From Pseudomonadota bacterium (GTDB lineage Bacteria; Campylobacterota; Campylobacteria; Campylobacterales; Sulfurimonadaceae), in assembly GCA_043797085.1 (NCBI GenBank), contig JAZDQA010000006.1:32001-96000 (forward strand): a stretch of DNA of 64,000 bases. The letters are read 5' to 3'. Made by a program: the position numbers and the translations under genes. Within the stretch, counting starts at the first letter, position 1; each line of letters begins with the position of its first letter. Below the pieces are notes generated by a model, which ran no database searches, had not been told where the DNA came from, and saw only the letters and a list, made by a program, of their open reading frames with translations. This document shows positions 49,454 through 58,703 of this stretch, one piece after another.

Positions 49454-49609
49454 GTCTATATTCCTCTACTGATATTTTGACAACGCAACACGTTAGTGTG
49501 ATTTTAGTATAAAGTTCATTAAAATTAATTTACTGCACCGTTTCAATATAGCTCAAAGATAATTTTGTTACAATCCGCACCAATAAAATAATAACAAAGA
49601 GGTACGCAA

Positions 49610-50131
49610 ATGGATCTTAGTAAAATCGGATATGGCGAAAACCCGGATAAAGTTAAAGCAATTATAGAGATTGCCTGCGGATCAAACATCAAATATGAAG
49701 TAGAAAAAGAAAGCGGTGCATTAGTCCTTGACCGTGTCATGCACTCAGCAATGTATTATCCGGCAAACTACGGTTTTGTCAATAAAACACTTTCCCAAGA
49801 CGGTGATCCGGCGGACATTTTGATCCTTACTGAATATCCTATGGTTGAGGGATGTGTAACCAACTGCCGTTTAGTCGGTGTTTTGATCATGGAAGACGAA
49901 AGCGGTATTGATGAAAAACTGCTTGCGGTTCCTACCTCAAAAATTGATCCTACATTCGAAGAGATCCAAGATCTTGGAGATATTCCAAAACATACCTTGG
50001 CAAAAATCAAAAACTTTTTCGAAACTTATAAAATGCTAGAGCCAAATAAATGGGTAAAAGTAAAAGGGTTTGAAGACAAAGCATCCGCAACTAAAATTCT
50101 CGAAGATGCAATTGCTGCATACAAAGAATAA
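49610..50131 (+). CDS. ppa: Inorganic pyrophosphatase (family I)
   Basis: Motifs 'KYEVEK', 'YPANYG', 'DGDPAD' and 'FFETYK'. Confidence 0.96.
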   Translation: MDLSKIGYGENPDKVKAIIEIACGSNIKYEVEKESGALVLDRVMHSAMYYPANYGFVNKTLSQDGDPADILILTEYPMVEGCVTNCRLVGVLIMEDESGIDEKLLAVPTSKIDPTFEEIQDLGDIPKHTLAKIKNFFETYKMLEPNKWVKVKGFEDKASATKILEDAIAAYKE

Positions 50132-50139
50132 GTTTTCCG

Positions 50140-50430
50140 ATGATTGATTTTTCTTCACCCGAATTTTTCTCCTACGCCATTTTCGGTGTAATTCTAAATT
50201 TCATTTTCTCAATGGCATTTGGAGTGTATTTGAGCAATAATATCGGTATCGAAGAGATGGTGCTTTCAAAAGGGGAAAAAGAGCAGCAGTGGTGGCTCTC
50301 CCTTTCTTTGGCAATCCCTTTTGCCAAAATGATCATCACTCTTTATCGTGTTGCCATCTTGCAATTTTACTTTCTGGACCAAGGAAAGTCTCACAAAGAA
50401 TTTTGGGTTTATCTCACAACTGAAGAATAA
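50140..50430 (+). CDS. Hypothetical small membrane protein
   Basis: 96 aa with two hydrophobic segments, starting 8 nt after ppa. Confidence 0.65.
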   Translation: MIDFSSPEFFSYAIFGVILNFIFSMAFGVYLSNNIGIEEMVLSKGEKEQQWWLSLSLAIPFAKMIITLYRVAILQFYFLDQGKSHKEFWVYLTTEE

Positions 50431-50691
50431 TCTATCTTCAAATCTCTCTTTTTTAGCTTAAATATAGCTTAATGTTAAATTCGAACTTAAGTTAAGCACA
50501 GATATATAATATAACATAACATTTATTAACCATATTATAACGTTATCTTAATATTAACATTCCCTATGTATAGGCTCAAATCACCTATTTTCATTACTTT
50601 TTCTTAACTAAATCATTTAGAAGTACAACAACAGCACTGGAAGCTTACAAATGCCTTAAAATTTCACTACCGAAATAAGGAGGTATAAAAA

Positions 50692-51231
50692 ATGAAAATT
50701 CTTTCATTCCTAGTTCTCTTTGTATGCGCATCATTAGCCGATAATACAATTCACCAAATGAGTCCAAAGCAACTACATGTTTTACAAACGGTCCGAGACG
50801 TCGCCAAGAACATCCCTGACAAACATGGAAATACGTATGAAAATACGGTAAGTGCCATCTGTATTACCGAAAGTAGTGCAGGTAAAAATACTATTGGTGA
50901 CTTTCATCATAAAAAGTCAATTACCAAAGCTTCGCTTGGACCCATGCAAGTTCGTGTTTCCACGGCACGCCACGTATCTCATAGTGTTAAAAATCTAAGC
51001 TGGCTTAATAAACTTAGTGATATTCAACTCGCGGCACGACTGTTGGGTGATACACGTCTCTCAGCAAAAGTGGCAACGTATTATGTAGTATTGCTCCATA
51101 ACAGCCGTAAAAACTCTTTTAATGCTGTCAGTGGCTACAATGGCGGAATGGTCAATCATAAATATTACAATAAAATTATGAAAAATAAAGCGATTATAGC
51201 TCAGCTAGTTGCTAACGGAAAACTCTCTTAA
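50692..51231 (+). CDS. Secreted lysozyme-fold / lytic transglycosylase (SLT-like) protein
   Basis: Signal peptide, catalytic-Glu motif 'ITESSAG', 'GPMQV' and 'GYNGG'; strong AGGAGG RBS. Confidence 0.75.
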   Translation: MKILSFLVLFVCASLADNTIHQMSPKQLHVLQTVRDVAKNIPDKHGNTYENTVSAICITESSAGKNTIGDFHHKKSITKASLGPMQVRVSTARHVSHSVKNLSWLNKLSDIQLAARLLGDTRLSAKVATYYVVLLHNSRKNSFNAVSGYNGGMVNHKYYNKIMKNKAIIAQLVANGKLS

Positions 51232-51272
51232 AAATTCGCTATAATATTCCTATATTTGATGGGAGTTTATGC

Positions 51273-51482
51273 ATGGATGATTATAAGCTTAAACTGATTC
51301 TTGCTGGACTTGGCGGATTGGTTTTTAGTCTGATTTTTATATTATTGGCTTTTGTTCTTCCCCTGAAAGATCATAGCGTCGATGCAGATATAAAAGCCAG
51401 AAATACCCTCGAAAAGATCTCAAAAGGGATTAAAGAAGGTCAGCTTCGACCTCCGCCAAAAGATCAAAGTAATCATGAATGA
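51273..51482 (+). CDS. Small single-TM hypothetical protein
   Basis: gcTATAAT at 51238, a GGGAG RBS and one N-terminal TM segment; overlaps the next start. Confidence 0.6.
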   Translation: MDDYKLKLILAGLGGLVFSLIFILLAFVLPLKDHSVDADIKARNTLEKISKGIKEGQLRPPPKDQSNHE

Positions 51483-52432
51483 TTAGCACCTCGACCCAGT
51501 CAAAACTTTCACTCTTACTCCCAAACCAAAACAAGGTGCTCTCCGAAATCATCAAACATGCCTCCCCTGAGCAACTAAATAATTTACAGGAAAAAAGTAA
51601 TCTTAAATCCTTTTTAGGATCACTTTTTCGCGATACTCTCACCAATACTAAATCCGATTCAATACTCCTCGATATGCTCAAAAGCAATCCCTCCTTTAAA
51701 AATATGGGGAATTTCACCGATAATCTCAAAATACTGCTAACGTCATTAAAAGAAGAACCTTCTCTCTCACCAAAACTTGTTAAGCTTGAGAGCTTTGTAC
51801 ACTCTATTCAGACCATAAATGTCCCGATTTTAAAAGAAAAAATGGTAAATTCAGGTGTTTTTATGGAATCTAAAATGGCTTCTTTAGCCGATGCGTCACT
51901 CCAAGAGGTTGAACTGAGTATGGGGCGCGATGTCAAATCCAATCTTTTAACCCTTCAATCTGACTTAGAAAAACTGAATTTACCCAATAAAGAAGCACTC
52001 CAAACGCACATCGATCAGCTCATCACGAACATTGACTATCATCAGCTTCTTTCTCATCTAAGCGGTGCTAATTCACTTTATTTTCCATTTAGCTGGAATC
52101 AGCTTCAAGAGGGAAGTGTTACGTTTAAAAAAGCCAAAGGAAAAAAGTTTTACTGTGAAATCAATCTCATACTCAAAGAATACGGTGAAATTGACCTGAT
52201 GATGGGGCTTTATGAGGAAAATCAACTCGAAATCCAAATACACACCGAAAAAACTTCCTTAAAAACACTGATTCAAACCCATCTTGAACTTTTACGGACG
52301 CTGCTCATCGATGTAGGAATCACATTGCGTATTATTCGTATCCATGAGACCAAAGATCTCCAAAACCCCTCCTCAATAGCTTATACCTCTGAAACAACGA
52401 ACAGCCATACTGGCTTTGAGGCACTTGGATGA
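51479..52432 (+). CDS. FliK C-terminal domain protein (hook-length control-like)
   Basis: 'NSGVFMESK' and C-terminal 'FYCEINL.LKEYGEIDL...LEIQI'; paired with an FlhB-C-like gene. Confidence 0.7.
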   Translation: MISTSTQSKLSLLLPNQNKVLSEIIKHASPEQLNNLQEKSNLKSFLGSLFRDTLTNTKSDSILLDMLKSNPSFKNMGNFTDNLKILLTSLKEEPSLSPKLVKLESFVHSIQTINVPILKEKMVNSGVFMESKMASLADASLQEVELSMGRDVKSNLLTLQSDLEKLNLPNKEALQTHIDQLITNIDYHQLLSHLSGANSLYFPFSWNQLQEGSVTFKKAKGKKFYCEINLILKEYGEIDLMMGLYEENQLEIQIHTEKTSLKTLIQTHLELLRTLLIDVGITLRIIRIHETKDLQNPSSIAYTSETTNSHTGFEALG

Positions 52433-52683
52433 AAAAGGCTGTCGCTCTAAGCTATGATAAAATAAAAGACAGAGCACCAAAAGTCATTGCGAAAGGGAAA
52501 GGAGATACAGCTGAAATCATCATAAAAATTGCAAAACTGCATAATCTCCCCATCACCCAAGATGAAGATCTCGTCGAATTGCTCAGTAAAGTCGAAATCG
52601 ATCATGAGATTCCCGATAAACTCTACATAGCCGTCGCTGAAGTGTTTAAATTTCTTTATACGATTACCCATAAAGAGCCCTAG
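52429..52683 (+). CDS. FlhB C-terminal-like protein (EscU/YscU/FlhX family)
   Basis: 'KAVALSYD...APKVIAKGKG..AE.II' and 'EIPDKLYIAVAEV'. Confidence 0.9.
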   Translation: MKKAVALSYDKIKDRAPKVIAKGKGDTAEIIIKIAKLHNLPITQDEDLVELLSKVEIDHEIPDKLYIAVAEVFKFLYTITHKEP

Positions 52684-52705
52684 AAAATTATGCTACACTT
52701 TCATC

Positions 52706-53146
52706 ATGAAAAAATATACAAATCCTTTTTGGGAAACCAAACAACTCCATGAACTTACCAATGAAGAGTGGGAGGCGTTGTGCGATGGCTGCGGACTGTG
52801 CTGTTTACACAAACTCCAAGATGAAGAAGTCGAAGACGCTCCTGTTTTAATGACACGTGTCGTTTGCCGCTGTTACAATCTTCAAGCGCACGGGTGCAGT
52901 GATTATTCAAACCGACAAAAAATCGTCCCCGAGTGTACGGCGCTTACTGTAAAAAGAGCTTCCGAATTTGAGTGGCTTCCACAAACCTGCGCCTATCGTT
53001 TACGCCATCATAATCTTCCGATCCCGCTATGGCATCCGCTTATCACGGGGACACGCGATAGCGTTCGACCGTATAGCGTTCATGCTCTTAATCCTGTTCT
53101 CGAAACTGAAACCATCGATTTCGAAGAGTATCTCATCCAAAATTAA
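52706..53146 (+). CDS. YcgN-family cysteine cluster protein
   Basis: Motifs 'FWETK', 'EWEALCDGCGLCCLHKL' and 'WLPQTCAYR'. Confidence 0.92.
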   Translation: MKKYTNPFWETKQLHELTNEEWEALCDGCGLCCLHKLQDEEVEDAPVLMTRVVCRCYNLQAHGCSDYSNRQKIVPECTALTVKRASEFEWLPQTCAYRLRHHNLPIPLWHPLITGTRDSVRPYSVHALNPVLETETIDFEEYLIQN

Positions 53147-53222
53147 AATTATTATAAAAAAGATACCTTAATCTTCATAATGGCATAATTCATCATTATA
53201 CGATTGAGTAGGAGTTGAAAAC

Positions 53223-53594
53223 ATGACGGTTCTTTTGGTGGATGATAGCAAAATTGTACGAATGTTTTTGAGAAATGTTTTAAGGAGAATTGTAGGAACT
53301 GAAACCATTTTTTTAGAAGCAGAAAATGGCGAAATGGCTCTTGAGCAGATGAAAAATGCTTCCGTTGATCTTATGATGCTTGATTGGAATATGCCTATTA
53401 TGGGAGGAGAGCAAGTCGTGGATATTATTCGTGCCAATCCTGCCTACAAAAAGACCCGCATCATCATGGCAACCACTGAAGGCGGGAGAAATGATGTGCT
53501 TCGTATGATTAAAAAAGGGGTTAACGGATATCTCGTTAAGCCGTTTATTGAAGCAAATATTATCAAATCAATTGAAGCGCTGCGAATACGCTAA
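53223..53594 (+). CDS. Single-domain CheY-like response regulator
   Basis: Motifs 'VDDS', 'LDWNMP', 'TTEG' and 'YLVKPF'. Confidence 0.92.
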   Translation: MTVLLVDDSKIVRMFLRNVLRRIVGTETIFLEAENGEMALEQMKNASVDLMMLDWNMPIMGGEQVVDIIRANPAYKKTRIIMATTEGGRNDVLRMIKKGVNGYLVKPFIEANIIKSIEALRIR

Positions 53595-53598
53595 TTTC

Positions 53599-54210
53599 TT
53601 AACGTATCGTGCATTTTAGCAATCGAGGATCGTTTCTATGCTCTATCAAAATTCGCTTTACACGATCTTGCCAAAGCATAGCAAATAACTCTCGCTGCGT
53701 CGTATCCGCACGATCCGATGCAATCAGAGGAAGCAACTCACCCATGCGTGGGTCACTCATAACAAAAGAGGGATTGTAGCTAAGGGTTACTCGCTTACTT
53801 GTATCAACACGCTCAAGCGCCATCTCTCCTTCTATCTCTGCATTGTAAAAAAGCAACTGTCGTCGATCAAATTTTCCTGCAAGACCATGAAAGCCACCCA
53901 CATCGGTTGCTCCTGTAATCATAGAGGCAACATTTGCAATCACCCCTACGACTCCCTCACCGAGCGTACCCTTCATTAGAACTTTAATCTCTCCACGTAC
54001 AGGTGTTTCATCCTTATACAGTAATTTAAGTCCTTCTTGGACCATCAAAAATGCACCGGCTACTGTAGGACACGAGTGACCTGCGAGTTTTACCACATCT
54101 CTATACGTATAGTCAATTATACCGTTATTCGCAGCTCCAAGTACCTCGCAGAGCGGATCACGCACTACTATAGGTGTAACATCATTAAAAAAATCGGGTG
54201 TTCTCATCAT
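53599..54210 (-). CDS. FmdE-family protein
   Basis: 'VKLAGHSCPTVAGAFLM' and 'GFHGLAG'. Confidence 0.75.
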   Translation of the reverse strand: MMRTPDFFNDVTPIVVRDPLCEVLGAANNGIIDYTYRDVVKLAGHSCPTVAGAFLMVQEGLKLLYKDETPVRGEIKVLMKGTLGEGVVGVIANVASMITGATDVGGFHGLAGKFDRRQLLFYNAEIEGEMALERVDTSKRVTLSYNPSFVMSDPRMGELLPLIASDRADTTQRELFAMLWQDRVKRILIEHRNDPRLLKCTIR

Positions 54211-54266
54211 CTCTCCCTAAAAAAAGAGATTATAATATTTTTATCTGCTTTAACCATTGACCTGCA

Positions 54267-55121
54267 TCAATCACGTGATACAATCTCACGCAATGCCTCT
54301 TCAAATGTCGGATATAAAAACTCAAATCCGCTTTGCAAAAGTTTCTGGGGATACACCTCTTTCGAATCAAGCATAACCGACGACCCTTCACCAAAAGCAA
54401 GTTTGACAAGCCATACCGGAAGTGTAAAAAAGGTTGGGCGATGCAATACTTTTCCAATAATTTTGGTTTGAGATGCATTGGTAAGGGGGTGAGGTGCCGT
54501 GAAGTTTACGATACCGTTTAAATTAGCATGGTCAATTAAAAAAGCGCAAGCACGAACGAGATCGTCTAAATGAATCCATGAAACGAGTTGTGTTCCATCA
54601 CCCATTTTACCCCCCAATCCCATTGTAAAAGGGGGAAGCATTTTTTGCATTGCACCGCCGCCTTTCCCGCATACAACTCCAAATCGCATCACACATACTC
54701 TCGTTTTCTGTGCTGCAAATGTTGCCTTTTCCCAATCCATGACCAAAGTAGCCAAAAAATCATCAGCAAAGAATTCAGAGGCTTCGGTATGCTGATGATT
54801 ACCGTCATAAATACCGACTGCAGATGCATTTATAAATGTAGAAGGAGGAGTGTTACATGCAGCAATGGCGGCTACCAGTTTGTCGGTACTTTCCAAACGG
54901 CTCTGACGTAATATATTTTTATAACTCTCACTCCAGCGCCCCAAGATATTGGCACCTGAAAGATTAATGAGCACATCTGCGTTGTCAATCGTTTCAACAA
55001 TTTTTTCAACTGAGGTATCGCTACGAATACTCAAACCCACAACCGTATCGGAGCGTTTAAGTAAATAAGTACATAATGCACTTCCGACAAATCCACTCAT
55101 TCCACATATAACAATTTTCAT
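54267..55121 (-). CDS. TIGR01777-family NAD-dependent epimerase/oxidoreductase
   Basis: Motifs 'GMSGFVG', 'INLSGA', 'SAVGIY' and 'SWIHLDD', plus 'GFEFLYP'. Confidence 0.92.
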   Translation of the reverse strand: MKIVICGMSGFVGSALCTYLLKRSDTVVGLSIRSDTSVEKIVETIDNADVLINLSGANILGRWSESYKNILRQSRLESTDKLVAAIAACNTPPSTFINASAVGIYDGNHQHTEASEFFADDFLATLVMDWEKATFAAQKTRVCVMRFGVVCGKGGGAMQKMLPPFTMGLGGKMGDGTQLVSWIHLDDLVRACAFLIDHANLNGIVNFTAPHPLTNASQTKIIGKVLHRPTFFTLPVWLVKLAFGEGSSVMLDSKEVYPQKLLQSGFEFLYPTFEEALREIVSRD

Positions 55122-55133
55122 ATTTTTTTCCTT

Positions 55134-56897
55134 TTACAGCGTACTAAATTTTATAATTACTTGATTTCGACCCTGATCTTTTGCCATATAAAGCTGGTCA
55201 TCTGCTTCTTTGTAAATCTGTTCATGGGTCATGATAGCTTCAGGATGATACACAAAAATCCCCATAGAGATGGTAACATACTTTGAAGCATCGCTATTTT
55301 CATGTAAAATTGCCAATTTTTCTATGTCATTTCGTATACGACTTCCAAGCAAGAAGTATTCTTCGTCACTCATATTCGATATCACTATTGCAAACTCTTC
55401 ACCCCCCAGTCTAAAAGAATATTCACCGCTTCTGGTAGTATACAGCTTTAAAATTTTGGCAATGCGTATCAAGACATCATCTCCTGCTTGATGCCCATAC
55501 GTGTCATTGTACAGTTTAAAATGGTCAACATCCAGCATCATCAATGCTATAGTATGATTATGTCGCTTAGCACGGTTCATCTCTTCTTGAATGGTTAAGA
55601 TGTAATGCCGTCGATTATACAGTTCAGTCATAGGATCAGTAATTGCCAGTTCTTGAAGTTTTTTAGTTTTAGCCTCAATGCGTGTTTCCAACGTACGATT
55701 AAGCTCTTCAAGCTCACTTTTTTGAGTCTTTAGTACAATATTTGTCTCATATAATTGTGTCACTTTTTGTTTGATCTCAATCGCCATTTTTTGAAATGCG
55801 TGGGTAAGTAATTGCCACTCGTGATCGTATTGGCTGCTGTTGATCTCAATATCATAGTGACCGTTTGAAATCAATAAGGCATTATGGCTCAATTCTTGAA
55901 TCGGTTTTGCAAACGAGCGCAGTGCAATAATAATCATAAAAAAGACAACCATAACACCAATGAAAAATAATAACAGTAACGATGTTGTTTGCTTGTACCA
56001 TTCGTACAGTAATTCACTTTCGTCAATTTTAACCATCATGCCGCAACGAAGCTCTTTTTGATAGCCCCAGGCAACAACCGAGTTCTCCCCTGTTTCGTCA
56101 ACCATATACTTTTGCCCTCTTCCGCCACGTACAGCTTCATAGATTGGATTATCCTGAGGTAATATTAAAAAGGTATGCGGGGAAATTTTAGTGTGACGAG
56201 TGGCAAACATATTTATAAGTTTTTCATTGTCTATGACAGCGGTAAGCACTTCACCTGTTTTTCCAAGCTCACTGGAATCATTAACAACAGCTTGAATTGT
56301 TTTATTATCAATTTGGGCAGCTGAAATACCAATAATTTTTCCATTATGAATAATCGGTTCAGCTATAAAAGCAGCATAATCATTACTTGGCTCATAAAAA
56401 TGAAATTCAGATACATAAGGTTTAGTATTTTTTAGGGCATCTTTAAATACATGAGCCAGCTGTGAAACACGATAATCACCGGTTAAAAGGTTGGTGTACA
56501 AATCAGATTCATGCTTTACACTATAAATAATTTCACCCTCAAGTGAAATTACAAAAATATCATAAAATCCATTTTGTTTGGCAATAATAGTTAGTTTTTT
56601 TTGTAAACTTTCCGGTGAGTGCTTCCAAAAATATTTTTCAAAAATACTATGATGACGCGAGGCAAAATAAAAAAGTTCAGTTATATTTGTTAAAGAGACA
56701 TAACGTTGCTCAACATAGTTATCTATGGCTTCAATTTTATGATTAAGAATGTTATTAATGCGGTTCAGACCATTATGACGAATGGTTTCACGCACTTCCA
56801 AACCGATAAATAATAAGATAGTAAAACTAAAAATGGCAATGGAACTAAGCCAAATAATAGTTCGCTTAAGTATCGTCATTTTATTCGTCAAATACAT
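55134..56897 (-). CDS. Membrane diguanylate cyclase (periplasmic Cache-like sensor, HAMP, GGDEF)
   Basis: Two TM segments, 'TDPMTELYNRR', 'DVDHFKLYNDTYGH' and 'RLGGEEF'. Confidence 0.92.
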   Translation of the reverse strand: MYLTNKMTILKRTIIWLSSIAIFSFTILLFIGLEVRETIRHNGLNRINNILNHKIEAIDNYVEQRYVSLTNITELFYFASRHHSIFEKYFWKHSPESLQKKLTIIAKQNGFYDIFVISLEGEIIYSVKHESDLYTNLLTGDYRVSQLAHVFKDALKNTKPYVSEFHFYEPSNDYAAFIAEPIIHNGKIIGISAAQIDNKTIQAVVNDSSELGKTGEVLTAVIDNEKLINMFATRHTKISPHTFLILPQDNPIYEAVRGGRGQKYMVDETGENSVVAWGYQKELRCGMMVKIDESELLYEWYKQTTSLLLLFFIGVMVVFFMIIIALRSFAKPIQELSHNALLISNGHYDIEINSSQYDHEWQLLTHAFQKMAIEIKQKVTQLYETNIVLKTQKSELEELNRTLETRIEAKTKKLQELAITDPMTELYNRRHYILTIQEEMNRAKRHNHTIALMMLDVDHFKLYNDTYGHQAGDDVLIRIAKILKLYTTRSGEYSFRLGGEEFAIVISNMSDEEYFLLGSRIRNDIEKLAILHENSDASKYVTISMGIFVYHPEAIMTHEQIYKEADDQLYMAKDQGRNQVIIKFSTL

Positions 56898-56913
56898 GGA
56901 TTCAACCTTTAAT

Positions 56914-56941
56914 CGATCGACTGTTCTATCATAAAACTTTA
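56914..56941 (-). promoter_or_regulatory. Possible sigma28 (FliA) promoter of the diguanylate cyclase
   Basis: Minus strand TAAAGTTT-N12-GTCGATCG against the consensus TAAAGTTT-N11-GCCGATAA. Confidence 0.3.
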
Positions 56942-57047
56942 TAATAGTAAAGATGACAATTTTTATCTATTAAAGGTATTTTCTACATGCCTTGTGAATA
57001 TTAGTAACAAAATTTGATAAAAATGTAATTTTGATGCGCTCCCATCA

Positions 57048-58697
57048 TTATCTATTGTAATCGTACATTTTGAGATAATATTCATGTGCCATGCGTCCTG
57101 AGTCAAATGCCGGAAGAACATCGGACATGGCACTTTTCATGATTTGTATCCAATGCTCAGGTTTGTCGTAGTACATTGGAATGATCTCATTTTCAAGCAT
57201 ATTCATGAGATTTTTGTTATCTTCAGCGTCTTGAACCTCGATTGGTGTCGTGTGGTCAATGGGTGGGATAGTGAATGAATTACAGCCATGTTTAGCAAAT
57301 TCAGGATGCCATCCATCGTCTGTTGAGAGGTGAATCGATCCATTCATACTTGCCGTCATCCCGCTTGTACCGCTGGCTTCTCTCGAAACTCTGGGAGTAT
57401 TTAGCCATACATCGGAACCTTTTTTAAGCATTGCTGACAATTCAAGCTCATATCCAACAATAACTGCCATATTATTGAAGCAATGACTGCTATGGATTAA
57501 TTCATTAAAAGCGTTGATGGCATTGGTATCGAATGGATAAGGTTTACCCGCCCAAATAACTTGAATCGGTTTTTCAGTGCGTTCTAAAAGACGTTTAAAG
57601 CGTTCATAATCATGCTTTAGTAGTCCTGGGCGTTTGTATTCCGCAAAGCGTCGTGCCCAAACAATGGTCAAAATATCCGGATCAAACATTTTACCCGTCT
57701 GATCGGCAACAACATTAAATAATAGACGTTTCAAGTGTTTTTTTCGCCCAATCAATGCATAATCTTCATGTTCATCGAGAGCAGAAAGCATCCCTTTATC
57801 AGTCCAAAAACGGCGATTTTGAGCATTGGTAATATAAATTATCTCAGAACGTCCTTCGCACTGTTCCCACATCCGATTCGCTACTTCTCCATGAAACTTT
57901 GAAACGGCATTGGTAATCTTCGATGAGCGCAAAGCTCCTACGGTGAGATTAAAAGTTTCATCATTTTCCATTTTCATAATCGTCCGCACAGTACCCAAAT
58001 CAAGACCGTTAAAGAATCCAAATTTATGGAGTAGAAAGATACTGTGCTGCTCATTTCCAGAATCTTCAGGGGTATGGGTCGTAAAGACAACCTTCTCTTT
58101 GACCTTCTCCATATCCTGATACTGCGCATACAACTCATAAACGAGAGGAAGCGCATGTCCCTCGTTCATATGATAGATATCAATTTTTTGTTTTAATGCT
58201 TCCAGTACTTTTATACCGCCAATTCCCAATATTATTTCTTGAGAAATACGAGTCTCTTCATTGCTATCATAGAGTTTATGGGTGATAGTACGTGCTAAAA
58301 AGTCGTTTTCAGGAATATCCGTTGAAAGTAAAATAAGAGGAGCAGAACCAAACACATTGGGTGGAAGATAGAAAGCCTTGATATGAACTTCTTGCGAGTG
58401 AATAGTGACCGTTGCACGAACACCCAAATCTTCGAGAAAATAATAATGCTTACGGATAAATTCAGCTTTTAAATAACGCTTTTCGGTACGCAATTGATCG
58501 TAATAGCCAAAGCTCCACAAGATACCGACTCCCACTACATTTTGTCGTAGATCGTAAGCGCTTCTCATATGGGAACCTGATAAAAATCCTAACCCGCCGG
58601 AGTAAACTTTCAATGCCTGATGAATGGCAAATTCCATCGAAAAATAAGCGACGCTCGTGGAGTATTTCGAGTCAAACTCGTAATCGTGTAAAATCAT
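57048..58697 (-). CDS. glgP: Short alpha-glucan (glycogen) phosphorylase, GT35
   Basis: Motifs 'YFSMEF', 'YSGGLG', 'HMNEGH', 'FTTHTP', 'ARRFAEYKR' and 'EASGTSGM'. Only 549 aa. Confidence 0.88.
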   Translation of the reverse strand: MILHDYEFDSKYSTSVAYFSMEFAIHQALKVYSGGLGFLSGSHMRSAYDLRQNVVGVGILWSFGYYDQLRTEKRYLKAEFIRKHYYFLEDLGVRATVTIHSQEVHIKAFYLPPNVFGSAPLILLSTDIPENDFLARTITHKLYDSNEETRISQEIILGIGGIKVLEALKQKIDIYHMNEGHALPLVYELYAQYQDMEKVKEKVVFTTHTPEDSGNEQHSIFLLHKFGFFNGLDLGTVRTIMKMENDETFNLTVGALRSSKITNAVSKFHGEVANRMWEQCEGRSEIIYITNAQNRRFWTDKGMLSALDEHEDYALIGRKKHLKRLLFNVVADQTGKMFDPDILTIVWARRFAEYKRPGLLKHDYERFKRLLERTEKPIQVIWAGKPYPFDTNAINAFNELIHSSHCFNNMAVIVGYELELSAMLKKGSDVWLNTPRVSREASGTSGMTASMNGSIHLSTDDGWHPEFAKHGCNSFTIPPIDHTTPIEVQDAEDNKNLMNMLENEIIPMYYDKPEHWIQIMKSAMSDVLPAFDSGRMAHEYYLKMYDYNR

Positions 58698-58703
58698 TTC
58701 AAC

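Noticed and set aside
49555..49574. Third copy of the fccB/porin operator motif upstream of ppa
   Set aside because: The match (gataattttgttaca) is explained by an extended -10 box, TGtTACAAT, and is not palindromic.
5518..51231. Prophage or integrated plasmid suggested by the ParA and the phage-like transglycosylase
   Set aside because: The two genes are 45 kb apart among core genes, and no integrase, structural gene, rep gene or att repeat was seen.
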